Assembly (NCBI RefSeq): GCF_009834535.1
Contig: NC_045697.1
Span: 1,552,001 to 1,616,000, forward strand
DNA: 64,000 nt
Source of the DNA: Camelus ferus
Lineage: Eukaryota
Direction: 5' to 3'
In this document: positions 63,790 to 64,000 of the stretch, one piece after another
How the letters are laid out: every line of letters begins with the position of its first letter
How positions within the stretch are numbered: the first letter of the stretch is position 1
The notes under the pieces: generated by a model
Databases searched by the model: none
Told to the model about the DNA's origin: nothing
Seen by the model: only the letters and a program-made list of their open reading frames with translations
Made by a program: the position numbers and the translations under genes

Positions 63790-64000
63790 TGGAAGATTCT
63801 GAGAACAGAACAGAGGAGGCAGCACCAGGAATCTGTCTCCCCACCTAAAGAACAGTTCACTGGCAGGATCTGTCTATTGCAGCTATTTTGGAACTCTGGA
63901 GTCCTGAAGACTTGCTACCTCCATAGGAGGACTCGGACAATAAATCTGTCAATTTCAGCTCTTAGTACAGTAGCAGCTACCCATCCCACCCACAGCCGTG
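63790..64000 (+). mobile_element. Old L1M 5'-end fragment running off the window
   Basis: ggaatctgtctccccacc..actggcaggatctgtc..tattttggaactctggag resembles L1M 5' ends. Confidence 0.5.

Overview
Mammalian genomic DNA, not prokaryotic. The LINE-1 subtypes suggest a cetartiodactyl, probably a camelid (inference from recalled repeat consensus). The window holds two convergent genes, in the same arrangement as human 4p16.3. On + is the 3' part of FAM193A: 11 coding exons from 1 to 37493, all GT-AG with consistent phases, ending ...KKATFAAH*. On - are TNIP2 (ABIN-2) coding exons 2-6 (58982 to 47348); exon 1 was not found and presumably lies beyond the window end. Introns and intergenic DNA are full of decayed L1, L2, MIR, MLT1 and hAT-Charlie copies. 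Most ORFs in the supplied track are chance GC-rich or repeat-derived frames. No wholly new system is evident. The best observations are: (1) a full-length antisense L1 inserted inside the TNIP2 exon-3 splice acceptor, whose 16-bp TSD is the polypyrimidine tract, displacing the old branch point and leaving a strong cryptic acceptor 6.5 kb away; (2) candidate extra FAM193A exons (an in-frame 42-nt cassette and a truncating exon); (3) a strong local GC-bias mosaic in exons and repeats; (4) a perfect 15-bp-arm hairpin in an L1 tail.
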